Shown: positions 55,806-64,000 of the stretch, piece by piece
How the letters are laid out: the number at the start of each line of letters is the position of its first letter
Numbering within the stretch: the stretch's first letter is position 1
Source of the DNA: an uncultured Nitrososphaerota archaeon
Lineage (GTDB): Archaea > Thermoproteota > EX4484-205 > JAAOZP01
DNA length: 64,000 bases
Assembly: GCA_964416155.1 (NCBI GenBank)
Contig: CAYQCW010000007.1
Coordinates: 51,088 to 115,087 of the forward strand
Direction of reading: 5' to 3'
The notes under the pieces: generated by a model
Database searches by the model: none
Seen by the model: only the letters and a program-made list of their open reading frames with translations
What the model was told of the DNA's origin: nothing
Translations under genes and position numbers: made by a program

Positions 55806-57160
55806 TAAGGATCCGTTTTTCTCGGTTGGCCCAATCCTATAGCAGCAAACTTAAGTTTGTCTTCAAAGAGTTCAGGGTTAAATATTCGTCTGCCGTCTAT
55901 AACTAACGGGTTCCGCATTCTTTCTATAAAGTCTTCGGGCTGCAGATTTTTGAATTCCTCCCATTCTGTTACGACGATGCAACAATCCGTATCCTTAAGG
56001 CAGTCAGCAACAGAAGCAGCGAAATCGATTTCTTCCCTGAATATTTTTCTAGCGTTATCAGTAGCAGAGGGGTCGTATGCAACCACTTTAGCTTTCTCTT
56101 CCAGAAGCCTCCTAATGATCTTTATGGAGACCGCTTCTCTAATATCATCCGTATTTGGCTTGAAGGCTAAGCCGAGGATTGCAACCCTCTTATCTTTAAG
56201 ACCACCTAAAAGAGCTCTAGCGATTTCCACCGCCTTATTTGGCTGAGCTTCATTCACATCTTCTACGGCGTCGAGGAGCACAGGATCATAGCCTAATCCT
56301 TTGGAAAAAGAGATTAATGCTTTCAGATCTTTAGGCAGACAGTATCCACCATACCCTAATCCAGCATTCAAGAATAAGGGTCCTATTCGCTTGTCTAAGC
56401 CTATGGCTCCAGCTACCGTTTTTACGTCTGCCTCCGGTATTTTCTCACATATGTTGGCTACGGTGTTTATGAAACTGATCTTTGTTGCTAAGAATGCATT
56501 GTTAGCATATTTTATTAGCTCAGCCGTGGAGAGATTGGCCCTGATTATTGGAGGAGCTTCCTCGCCATAAAAGCTTCTGTAGAAAAGCTCTAAAGCATCT
56601 CCTGATTTTTTATCATGTTCGCCAATGACGATTCTATCTGGGTGTAAGATGTCATAGATTGCCGAGCCCTCACGCAAGAACTCCGGGTTCATGCAGAGGC
56701 CGAAGTCTTTACCGCAATGTTTGCCCGAGTGTTTTTCGAGAAGAGGCTTAACCACGTTTTCTGTCGTACCAGGTATAACGGTGCTTTTCACTACAATTAA
56801 ATGATGCTTATCCTTTTTACTTAAAACATCTCCAATTCTGACGACAGCTTCTTCCACTTGACTAAGGTCTATGCTACCGTCAGGTTTACTTGGAGTCCCG
56901 ACTGCAATAAAGGTGATATCTGTCTTCAGGATGGCGCCCTCTAAGTCCGGTAGACAGATTAAATATTGTTCATCCACAGTTTTCTTCAGCATCTTTTCAA
57001 GATCCGGCTCATAGAAGGGGGCTATGCCCCGATTAATTGAAGTCAGCTTCTCATGATCGACGTCATACGTGACGACCTTACAGGCTTTGCTTGCAAATCC
57101 GACGGCTGTGCATAAACCTACGTATCCCATCCCCATAATAGATACGCTATAACTTGTCAT
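55805..57160 (-). CDS. ugd: UDP-glucose 6-dehydrogenase family protein
   Basis: GMGYVG, KSTV.PGT, NPEFLREG, KYANNAFLA.KIS, GYGGYCLPKD and FKPNTDD.RE motifs. Confidence 0.9.
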   Translation of the reverse strand: MTSYSVSIMGMGYVGLCTAVGFASKACKVVTYDVDHEKLTSINRGIAPFYEPDLEKMLKKTVDEQYLICLPDLEGAILKTDITFIAVGTPSKPDGSIDLSQVEEAVVRIGDVLSKKDKHHLIVVKSTVIPGTTENVVKPLLEKHSGKHCGKDFGLCMNPEFLREGSAIYDILHPDRIVIGEHDKKSGDALELFYRSFYGEEAPPIIRANLSTAELIKYANNAFLATKISFINTVANICEKIPEADVKTVAGAIGLDKRIGPLFLNAGLGYGGYCLPKDLKALISFSKGLGYDPVLLDAVEDVNEAQPNKAVEIARALLGGLKDKRVAILGLAFKPNTDDIREAVSIKIIRRLLEEKAKVVAYDPSATDNARKIFREEIDFAASVADCLKDTDCCIVVTEWEEFKNLQPEDFIERMRNPLVIDGRRIFNPELFEDKLKFAAIGLGQPRKTDP

Positions 57161-57171
57161 TTATCAACCCC

Positions 57172-58032
57172 TTATTTTTTACAAAACTGTTGATGAGAAA
57201 TGAATAATGCTCGCCAATATGTTTCAGGGCTACCTATGTCTAGCCTAATATCGCCCGGTCCTAAACGGAGGGCGTAAACATTTAAGCCCCATTCAATCAT
57301 TTTCTGAATCGCATCGGTAAGCTGAATTTCTCCACCCCTACCAGGGAGGGTTTCTTGCAAAGCGTTAAAAATAGTTGGGTGAAAGATATAGACAGGCATA
57401 ATAGCAAGGTTCGTCGGAGGTTTCTCAGGTTTCTCAACTGCCTTTTTAACTCTGTAAATCCCTTCCTCTACTTCCTTGACCTCAATGACGCCGTACTGCT
57501 TCGGATTCTCTACTTCTTGAACGAGGAAGATAGCATCAGCGTTGAATCGTCCATTAGCCTCTATCAGAGACCTAAGATGATCATCATTCTCGGAGATGAT
57601 GAATGTATCTCCAGCATGCACGAGGCATAGTTCATCCCGGACGAATGGTTGGGCAAGTAGAACAGCATCTCCAAAACCCTTTGGTTCCGGCTGGTTTACC
57701 CAGATAATTGAGGAATTTGCAAGCTTCAGGTAGAAGCTTTCTAAATCCGTAGTCAGATCAATTTTTCCAGCACCCTTAAGTAGGTTTAAGAATCTCTGGT
57801 CTGGAGTAAAGTGGTCTTCAATAGCACGTTTACCTCTTCCCACTATAAAACAGAATTCCCTAAAGCCAGCGTTATAGAGTTGCTCGAAGATCATTTGCAG
57901 AAGAGGCTTGACGCCAGCATTTCCATTGGCTAGTCTGGAGAATACGGGAAGCATTTCCTTCGGCTGCTCTTTTGTTGCCGGAAGCAAACGAGACCCTAGA
58001 CCCGCTGCAGGAATCACAACCTTGCGGAGCAT
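57172..58032 (-). CDS. Sugar-1-phosphate nucleotidyltransferase (GalU-like)
   Basis: VIPAAGLGSRLLP.TKEQPKEMLP, VEKP and EIQLTDAI motifs. Confidence 0.9.
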   Translation of the reverse strand: MLRKVVIPAAGLGSRLLPATKEQPKEMLPVFSRLANGNAGVKPLLQMIFEQLYNAGFREFCFIVGRGKRAIEDHFTPDQRFLNLLKGAGKIDLTTDLESFYLKLANSSIIWVNQPEPKGFGDAVLLAQPFVRDELCLVHAGDTFIISENDDHLRSLIEANGRFNADAIFLVQEVENPKQYGVIEVKEVEEGIYRVKKAVEKPEKPPTNLAIMPVYIFHPTIFNALQETLPGRGGEIQLTDAIQKMIEWGLNVYALRLGPGDIRLDIGSPETYWRALFISHQQFCKK

Positions 58033-58154
58033 TAGCCTATCTCACTAGTCCATGGTTATAAAAAACTTTCGGAGTTACTGGACATTTCCGTTTAGTAGGT
58101 TTTCTAATGATATCTAATTGGTTAATAGATTGTCTTGAACAATAAGTTATTGCC

Positions 58155-59159
58155 TTACATTGACTTCTCTACCCATACTTTTGGCGCCTTCTTTGTTATT
58201 TCAAGAGGAAGCCTGTAGCTTGGCTCCTGTGGACCGACTTGTTTAGCCCATTCCACCATCTTCGCTACGCCTTCCTTCAAGCTATGTCTTGTTTTATAGT
58301 CCAGCAGTTTTATCGACTTATCAACCGTACAATACGCATGCTTAACCTCACCCGGCCTTTCCTCCATATAATGAGGCTTAAGACTACTATTCATAGCCTC
58401 CAAAACAATCCTACATGCTTCATTTATCGTAACTACCTCGTCGCTTCCTACATTAATTGTTTGGTTAACAGCCTTTTCATAAAAGGCGGCATTAGCTATC
58501 GCCGGTGTAACGTCCTCTATATAGGAGAATGCACGTGTCTGTTCACCATCCCCATAAATTATCGGAGGCTTGCCCCTGAGGATTCTATTTATCCATATAC
58601 CCAGCACGTTTCTGAAGGGATCTGCGATATTCTGCCTTGGCCCATATACGTTATGTGGACGAAGTATGACGAATTCAAAGTCATATGTCTTCGCGAATAT
58701 CTCGAGCATTGTTTCACAGTAAGCCTTACTAGCTCCATAGGGATCGACTGGTTTCCTAAGCATGCTCTCGTCAAAAGGCGGCTTTTGGTCTCCATAAACA
58801 GCCATTGAAGACGTAAAAATGAATCTTTCCACGTCATTATTAACTGCAGCAACCAGTAAATTATTCATTGGAGCAATATTGATATCGTTGATCGAGATTG
58901 GTGAGAAAAAAGATTGTCCTTCAGCAGCGTAAGCAGCCAGATGAAAGATTATGTTGACGCCCTTCACAACTTGCTCTGCTTTTTCCTTTTCCCTAAGATC
59001 TGCCTTGATGAATAAGCAATTCTTGTTCACGTTTCTCATGAAGCCGCCTAATAAGTTGTCCACACTGATAACATTGTGTCCTCTCTTGATTAGTTCGTCC
59101 ACGAGCCAGGAGCCCATAAAACCTGCGCCGCCAGTTACAAGGATGTTTTTTGTCTCCAT
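58155..59159 (-). CDS. NAD-dependent nucleotide-sugar epimerase/dehydratase
   Basis: TGGAGFMG, YGASK and NVYGP motifs. Confidence 0.92.
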   Translation of the reverse strand: METKNILVTGGAGFMGSWLVDELIKRGHNVISVDNLLGGFMRNVNKNCLFIKADLREKEKAEQVVKGVNIIFHLAAYAAEGQSFFSPISINDINIAPMNNLLVAAVNNDVERFIFTSSMAVYGDQKPPFDESMLRKPVDPYGASKAYCETMLEIFAKTYDFEFVILRPHNVYGPRQNIADPFRNVLGIWINRILRGKPPIIYGDGEQTRAFSYIEDVTPAIANAAFYEKAVNQTINVGSDEVVTINEACRIVLEAMNSSLKPHYMEERPGEVKHAYCTVDKSIKLLDYKTRHSLKEGVAKMVEWAKQVGPQEPSYRLPLEITKKAPKVWVEKSM

Positions 59160-59290
59160 GGTTTTGTCTTCGAACTCTATTTGACGGCTATATAAGGCTT
59201 CCTGAGAAATAGAGGAGAACTAACTTTTCGCATTAAACTGTTGAGAAGCAAAATCTTTTTATTGTAACTAAGACTTGGATAAGATGAGAG

Positions 59291-60049
59291 ATGCCGTATA
59301 GCGTTGCTATGTGTGCACATAACGAGGAAAAATATGTTAAGCAAGCTTTAGAATCAATCTTCCTTCAAACAATCAAACCTGAGAAAGTGGTTTTAGTACT
59401 CGACAGGTGTACTGATAGGACTGGAGAAATAGCTAGAAGATTCTCCGTCGAAATCATAGAAAAAAAGGACAAGAAGTGGAATAACTCGTATGCTGAGAAC
59501 CTTGAGATAGCAAGAAAACGCATTGGCTCGAATTTCTACGCTATAGTTGATGCAGACGTAGTTTTAGAACCTAACTACTTTGAGGCCCTGCTATCAGAAA
59601 TCGGAGATAAAGACGCTTGTATAGGTGGGAAAATAGTGACGAAAAGCAGAACCTTTATTGGAAACCTTTTATCAATTTGGGAAAAAACTTATGTTCTATC
59701 TCCTTCAAGAAGACCCAGAGGATGCGCGTTACTCATAAGGAGAACCTTATTGGACGAGATCGGTGGATTTGCTGATGTGCCTGCTCCTGACACGTATGTT
59801 CAGGATATGGCCTTAAAACTTGGATATGAAATAGGAATCGCATCGAATGCCAAAGCCTACCATATTAGAGATGTAACCTTGAGAAGATCGGTTAAAGGCC
59901 AATTTTTAATAGGGATGGCAAGATATCTGCAAGGAAAAGGTGCAGTAAGAACGTTTCTACATTCTCTGGTAAGATTAAGACCATTCGTATTTGTCGGATA
60001 CCTTTATGGCTTTTTGACTCATAGAAAGAAGCGTTCGAAAGGTAAATAG
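59291..60049 (+). CDS. Glycosyltransferase family 2
   Basis: AHNEE, DRCTD.T, VDAD and IGGF motifs. Confidence 0.88.
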   Translation: MPYSVAMCAHNEEKYVKQALESIFLQTIKPEKVVLVLDRCTDRTGEIARRFSVEIIEKKDKKWNNSYAENLEIARKRIGSNFYAIVDADVVLEPNYFEALLSEIGDKDACIGGKIVTKSRTFIGNLLSIWEKTYVLSPSRRPRGCALLIRRTLLDEIGGFADVPAPDTYVQDMALKLGYEIGIASNAKAYHIRDVTLRRSVKGQFLIGMARYLQGKGAVRTFLHSLVRLRPFVFVGYLYGFLTHRKKRSKGK

Positions 60050-60276
60050 AGGTTTTTCAGCAAATACATGACTAATTTATTTAATCAGAGCAAGATTGAC
60101 ATTGCGTCAAGAAGGAAAATTTCTCGGTTGCAAAATATTCTAATAAATGTTTTTAATGCCCAATGATTGTATTCCTTAAGACGCACCTCTTATTTAGTAT
60201 TAAAGGAGGATGGGCGATGTATCAAAATAACTTTTCTATAAAAAAGTTTTATATACCTACTATCTATATCTTCGAT

Positions 60277-60714
60277 ATGATGTCAAGGCCCTTGAATCCT
60301 GCATTTAGAGAGTCCTCGCGTGCAGATTCGATATTGTTCCACAAAAGCCAGATAACCTACTGCAAGCTTAGGATGATCTTGGAAAAGGCGTATCGCAATG
60401 GGAACTGGAATAGGCTTACTCATTTGGAAAGGACTCTCTATAGAGCTGGCCTTGAGTTGGCGAGTCTTAGAAAGAGGATAGTTAACAAATCTCTCCTAAG
60501 TCTCCTCTATGGAATAATTAAAAAACTTCTTACGAAATTCTCGAACAGGATCTGGAAGCTCGGAAGATCAAAAGCAGAGGAGCTTAAGACAAACTATCAG
60601 AAGCAAGGGATGTTTTCTTTATGCCCCTTTCTCAGAAATCTCTTAGAAGATGCGAGCTACTTGTTCTGGCTTGGCAATAGGGAGGTACTTTTAAAAAACC
60701 TGAGGATGCTATAA
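60277..60714 (+). CDS. Basic helical hypothetical protein
   Basis: Open frame with a KAYRNGNW.RL..LER segment; start uncertain. Confidence 0.55.
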   Translation: MMSRPLNPAFRESSRADSILFHKSQITYCKLRMILEKAYRNGNWNRLTHLERTLYRAGLELASLRKRIVNKSLLSLLYGIIKKLLTKFSNRIWKLGRSKAEELKTNYQKQGMFSLCPFLRNLLEDASYLFWLGNREVLLKNLRML

Positions 60715-60743
60715 GCATCTCGCATCGGAATCGGGGATTATCT

Positions 60744-61856
60744 TTGAAAAGAATCATTATCTCTGCTCCAGGTAGAGCCTGCTTATTCGGAGAGCATATG
60801 GATTGGTGCGGGCATTACGTAATATCGGTAGCTGTTGACATGAGGAGCTTTCTAGAAGCCTGTCTTAACAATAAGCTTGGTCTAGTTGAAGTATACTCAT
60901 ACCCACCCTTTGAAACATATACTAGTTACAATCTTGAGAAACTTAATATAAATAATTATTCAGACCTTCGCTATGTAGGCGGTGTTCTTAAAGCTATGCT
61001 TGATAAGGGTTATCTAAATCGTTCGGAAAGCCTTAAGCTTAGGTTCAATAAGGCAGAAGAAGTGTCAAATTTAACTTATGAGAAGAACCTTGTGGATCTT
61101 CCTGTGAAAAAAGGCTTAGCATCCTCGGCAGCAATATCTGTAGCTACTGCCGCTGCCATAGACATTGCTTTAACAAAAGCCGCTAATGAAACATCTGTAA
61201 AAGATATGTTAAATAATAAGGAAAATCTTACTAAATATGCTAGCTTAGCCTATATAGCTGAGAAGAAAATCCTTGGAATAAATTGCGGCCAGATGGACCA
61301 GTTCTCCTCAGCATACGGTGGCTTGCTATTTATCAACTGCCGCTCAGAACCAGCTCGTGTTGAACGTCTATTATCAGAAGCAGAAATACCCCTAGTCATT
61401 GGAGACACGGGCCAAAGTAAAGACACGCCTAGGATCCTTGCGTGGCTTGAAGAAAGATTTAGATGCAGAGAGCCTGAATTTATTGAGGGCATTAAAGGTA
61501 TTGTAGACGTTGTCCTGAGGGCTAAACTGGAGCTGAGTAAAGCTAGGCCCGACTTATATAAAGTTGGTGAGCTCATGAATCTGAACCAGCACTATCTGTC
61601 CAAGAATCTGAAAGTTTCTGGAGACTGCCCAGCATCACCGTCCCGGCTTGATGTACTCATTAACGCTGCTTTAAATGCAGGTGCTCTAGGTGCCAAACTT
61701 TCTGGCTCAGGTGGAGGAGGCTGCATGGTAGCCTTATGCTTACCCAACGACCTTGGCAAAGTTTCCGAGGCGATAAAGCAAGCAGGAGGTTACCCTTATA
61801 TTACGAGGATTACGAATAAAGGTTTAAGATTAGAGTTTTTCAAGGAGCAAGTATGA
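60744..61856 (+). CDS. GHMP kinase, galactokinase-like
   Basis: APGRACLFGEH.D, LP.KKGLASSAA, CGQMDQ and KLSGSGGGG motifs. Confidence 0.85.
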   Translation: MKRIIISAPGRACLFGEHMDWCGHYVISVAVDMRSFLEACLNNKLGLVEVYSYPPFETYTSYNLEKLNINNYSDLRYVGGVLKAMLDKGYLNRSESLKLRFNKAEEVSNLTYEKNLVDLPVKKGLASSAAISVATAAAIDIALTKAANETSVKDMLNNKENLTKYASLAYIAEKKILGINCGQMDQFSSAYGGLLFINCRSEPARVERLLSEAEIPLVIGDTGQSKDTPRILAWLEERFRCREPEFIEGIKGIVDVVLRAKLELSKARPDLYKVGELMNLNQHYLSKNLKVSGDCPASPSRLDVLINAALNAGALGAKLSGSGGGGCMVALCLPNDLGKVSEAIKQAGGYPYITRITNKGLRLEFFKEQV

Positions 61857-62704
61857 TTGTGAGAAAAGCCGTCATACCTGCTGCAGGTCTTGGAACGAGA
61901 CTATTACCCCTTACCAAGGAGATTCCTAAAGAGATGCTTCCACTCTTCGATAATAAAGAAGGCCTTTCATTTAAACCGTTAATGCAGATAGTGTTCGAAA
62001 GGCTTTATGAGGTAGGTATAAGAGAATTCTGCATAATAACAGGTAGGGGCAAAAGAGCCATCGAAGACCACTTTTCGAGGGATGAGAGATATCTGGAGTT
62101 TCTAGAATCAATGGGGAGGCGTGGGCTTGCTGAAAAGCTTAAATGCTTATATGAGATTGTTGATAAGACCAAGTTATCATGGATTAACCAGACAAAGCCA
62201 ACAGGACTAGGAGCTGCTGTACTTTTAGCAGAACCCTTTATAAGAGAACCCTTTATAGTTCACGCAGGAGATACGTACATAGCTTCCAGCAATTACTTAA
62301 ACAAGATGCTCAAGTTTTACAAGGGAGCTAGACCTGAGATCCTATTCTTAACGGCTAGGGTACGTGATCCAAGAGGTTACGGGATAATAGAGGAATATAG
62401 TGTTGAAGATAGTGTTGAAGACGAGAACATTTACCGAGTCTACAAAGTTGTGGAGAAACCAGAGATACCCAAAACTAACCTTGCAATTGTTCCCGTTTAT
62501 ATATTCACACCCAATCTTTTTGAAGTATTAAAGGAAGTAGAAGCCGGTATCAATGGAGAAACCCAGCTCACAGATGCAATACAGATGATGGCTAAAAGTC
62601 ATCGGGTTTATGCTATGGAGCTTAATTGTGACAACTATGTGGATGTCGGAAAGCCTGAGAACTATCTTGAGGCACTTGAAAAGTCCTTTAGACTGGCCCA
62701 ATAA
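61853..62704 (+). CDS. Second GalU-like nucleotidyltransferase
   Basis: AVIPAAGLGTRLLP.TKEIPKEMLP; paralog of 57172-58032. Confidence 0.9.
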   Translation: MIVRKAVIPAAGLGTRLLPLTKEIPKEMLPLFDNKEGLSFKPLMQIVFERLYEVGIREFCIITGRGKRAIEDHFSRDERYLEFLESMGRRGLAEKLKCLYEIVDKTKLSWINQTKPTGLGAAVLLAEPFIREPFIVHAGDTYIASSNYLNKMLKFYKGARPEILFLTARVRDPRGYGIIEEYSVEDSVEDENIYRVYKVVEKPEIPKTNLAIVPVYIFTPNLFEVLKEVEAGINGETQLTDAIQMMAKSHRVYAMELNCDNYVDVGKPENYLEALEKSFRLAQ

Positions 62705-62782
62705 CCATGATATTTATAGAAAGAAGCATAAAAGTTTCCTTGACCATTTACAGGCCAAATTTTCATGCATGTGACGTTAAAA

Positions 62783-63598
62783 ATGCCGTATGATTTATCT
62801 ATAGCTCTAAGAATCAGCCCCTTTTTGAATACTAAACATATTTATTTTATATCCAAATATGGGTTGGTAGAAACCTGTTTTAAATCTTTTGTAACCGCTT
62901 TAGGCGACATAGATTATGAACTTTTCGCTATATTAGACGGATGCCCAAATTGTTTCGAAAAAATTTTTAGAAAATATGTTGGAGAATCTCGTTTAAAAAT
63001 AATCAGAACAGATAGGATTGGAAATAATGCAACTTTCATGCTTCAAATTTATATCCTGTTAAACGAGGCATCTTCTGACTACGTATATTTCGCTGAAGAT
63101 GATTATTTCTATATTGGGCATCTCAAAAATATGCTTGAATTCATACACAGGAATCCCTTCGTAGATTTTGTAAGCCCTTATGATCATCCAGACTATTACT
63201 TTAGAAAAGACCTACATCCATACAAGATCTTTTCCTTAACATATAGCAATAGAATTTGGAAGAACGTGATGTCAACCACATGTACATTTCTAACAAGGAA
63301 GAAGATTTTAAGAGAGGCTGGTGAATTTCTAAAATCCTATGCAAGAATTGGAGATTATCCTATGTGGTATGTTTTAACACGGAAGATTCCGCCAATAAGT
63401 TTTCTTAAAATAATAACCTATCATCAACGTGATCTTCCTAGAGAAGTTTTTCTTCTATACTATCTGCGAAAAATTTCTAATAAACGGCGGTACCATCTTT
63501 GGGTTCCGGAGCCTACAATAGCCACCCATATGCAAAAGAATTGCCTTTCACCGAAGATCGACTGGAACCTGTATTTTAATCGAAAAATATGTTATTAA
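62783..63598 (+). CDS. Putative GT-A fold glycosyltransferase
   Basis: ILDGC, YFAEDDY, YDHPD and STTCTF motifs; AT-rich. Confidence 0.7.
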   Translation: MPYDLSIALRISPFLNTKHIYFISKYGLVETCFKSFVTALGDIDYELFAILDGCPNCFEKIFRKYVGESRLKIIRTDRIGNNATFMLQIYILLNEASSDYVYFAEDDYFYIGHLKNMLEFIHRNPFVDFVSPYDHPDYYFRKDLHPYKIFSLTYSNRIWKNVMSTTCTFLTRKKILREAGEFLKSYARIGDYPMWYVLTRKIPPISFLKIITYHQRDLPREVFLLYYLRKISNKRRYHLWVPEPTIATHMQKNCLSPKIDWNLYFNRKICY

Positions 63599-63813
63599 TG
63601 TTAATAGTGCGCCCGCGCTTTTAATGCCGAATAGTGACTGAGCTGTCGAAACCCACTTACCCACAAAGATAGTGAAGCGATGCCTAAAAATAGTTAACTT
63701 TTATCCTCGGTCTCGCTAAAGCTCATTATCGGATATAATGAATTTGGCTTATGAAGACAAAAATATTTAATAACCGGATAGCAAAGCAACTATCAGATTA
63801 ACACTTGAGCGAA

Positions 63814-64000
63814 ATGAGAGAACAACAAATATCTGTAGTAGTACTGAATTATAACGGGATGAGGTTTTTAGAATCATGCGTTAAATCGCTGTTAAATTCC
63901 ACTTATAGGAATTTTGAGATAGTAGTTGTTGACAATGGTTCAAGAGACGGTAGTATTGAATACTTAAAGAAAAGCTTCTCTAACGAACCAAGGTTAAAAA
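63814..64000 (+). CDS. Glycosyltransferase family 2, 3'-truncated by window edge
   Basis: ISVVVLNYNG..LESCVKSL..EIVVVDNGSRDGS. Confidence 0.88.
   Translation, partial: MREQQISVVVLNYNGMRFLESCVKSLLNSTYRNFEIVVVDNGSRDGSIEYLKKSFSNEPRLK

Noticed and set aside
1-64000. CRISPR arrays, rRNA, intact integrases or transposases, reverse transcriptases; many short antisense ORFs in the track
   Set aside because: No regularly spaced repeats or signature motifs seen; the antisense ORFs are shadows of well-supported genes or overlap tRNA/SRP genes

Overview
Archaeal chromosome segment with a TACK-type gene set (Brockarchaeota/Bathyarchaeota-like; the taxonomy is inference). It is mostly core information-processing, lipid and glycosylation genes: pelota, top6A, aRF1, pyrH, NAC-MBF1-Trm56-TFE, L10e-Csl4-RpoL-TFS, PCNA, PriL/PriS/GINS, L44e-S27e-aIF2alpha-Nop10-PAC2, AglB, TopA, CarS, the AcnX/UbiD mevalonate genes, Hef and a nucleotide-sugar cluster. 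It also contains SRP RNA and six tRNA genes carrying 10 introns, 7 of them at non-canonical positions. Accessory DNA is concentrated next to the RNA genes: a small att-flanked islet at tRNA-Gln, decayed carbohydrate-enzyme genes, two relic polymorphic toxin/immunity loci, and an intact Cys-rich bacteriocin-like gene with a membrane-protein partner. Three highlights: (1) ribophorin I-like and OSTC/DC2-like genes together with AglB, suggesting a multi-subunit eukaryote-like OST; (2) a triple-intron tRNA-Gln whose 5' leader duplicates the acceptor strand and could act as a decoy that lets the 10/11 intron fold; (3) the antagonism cassettes. All calls were made by eye, without database searches.
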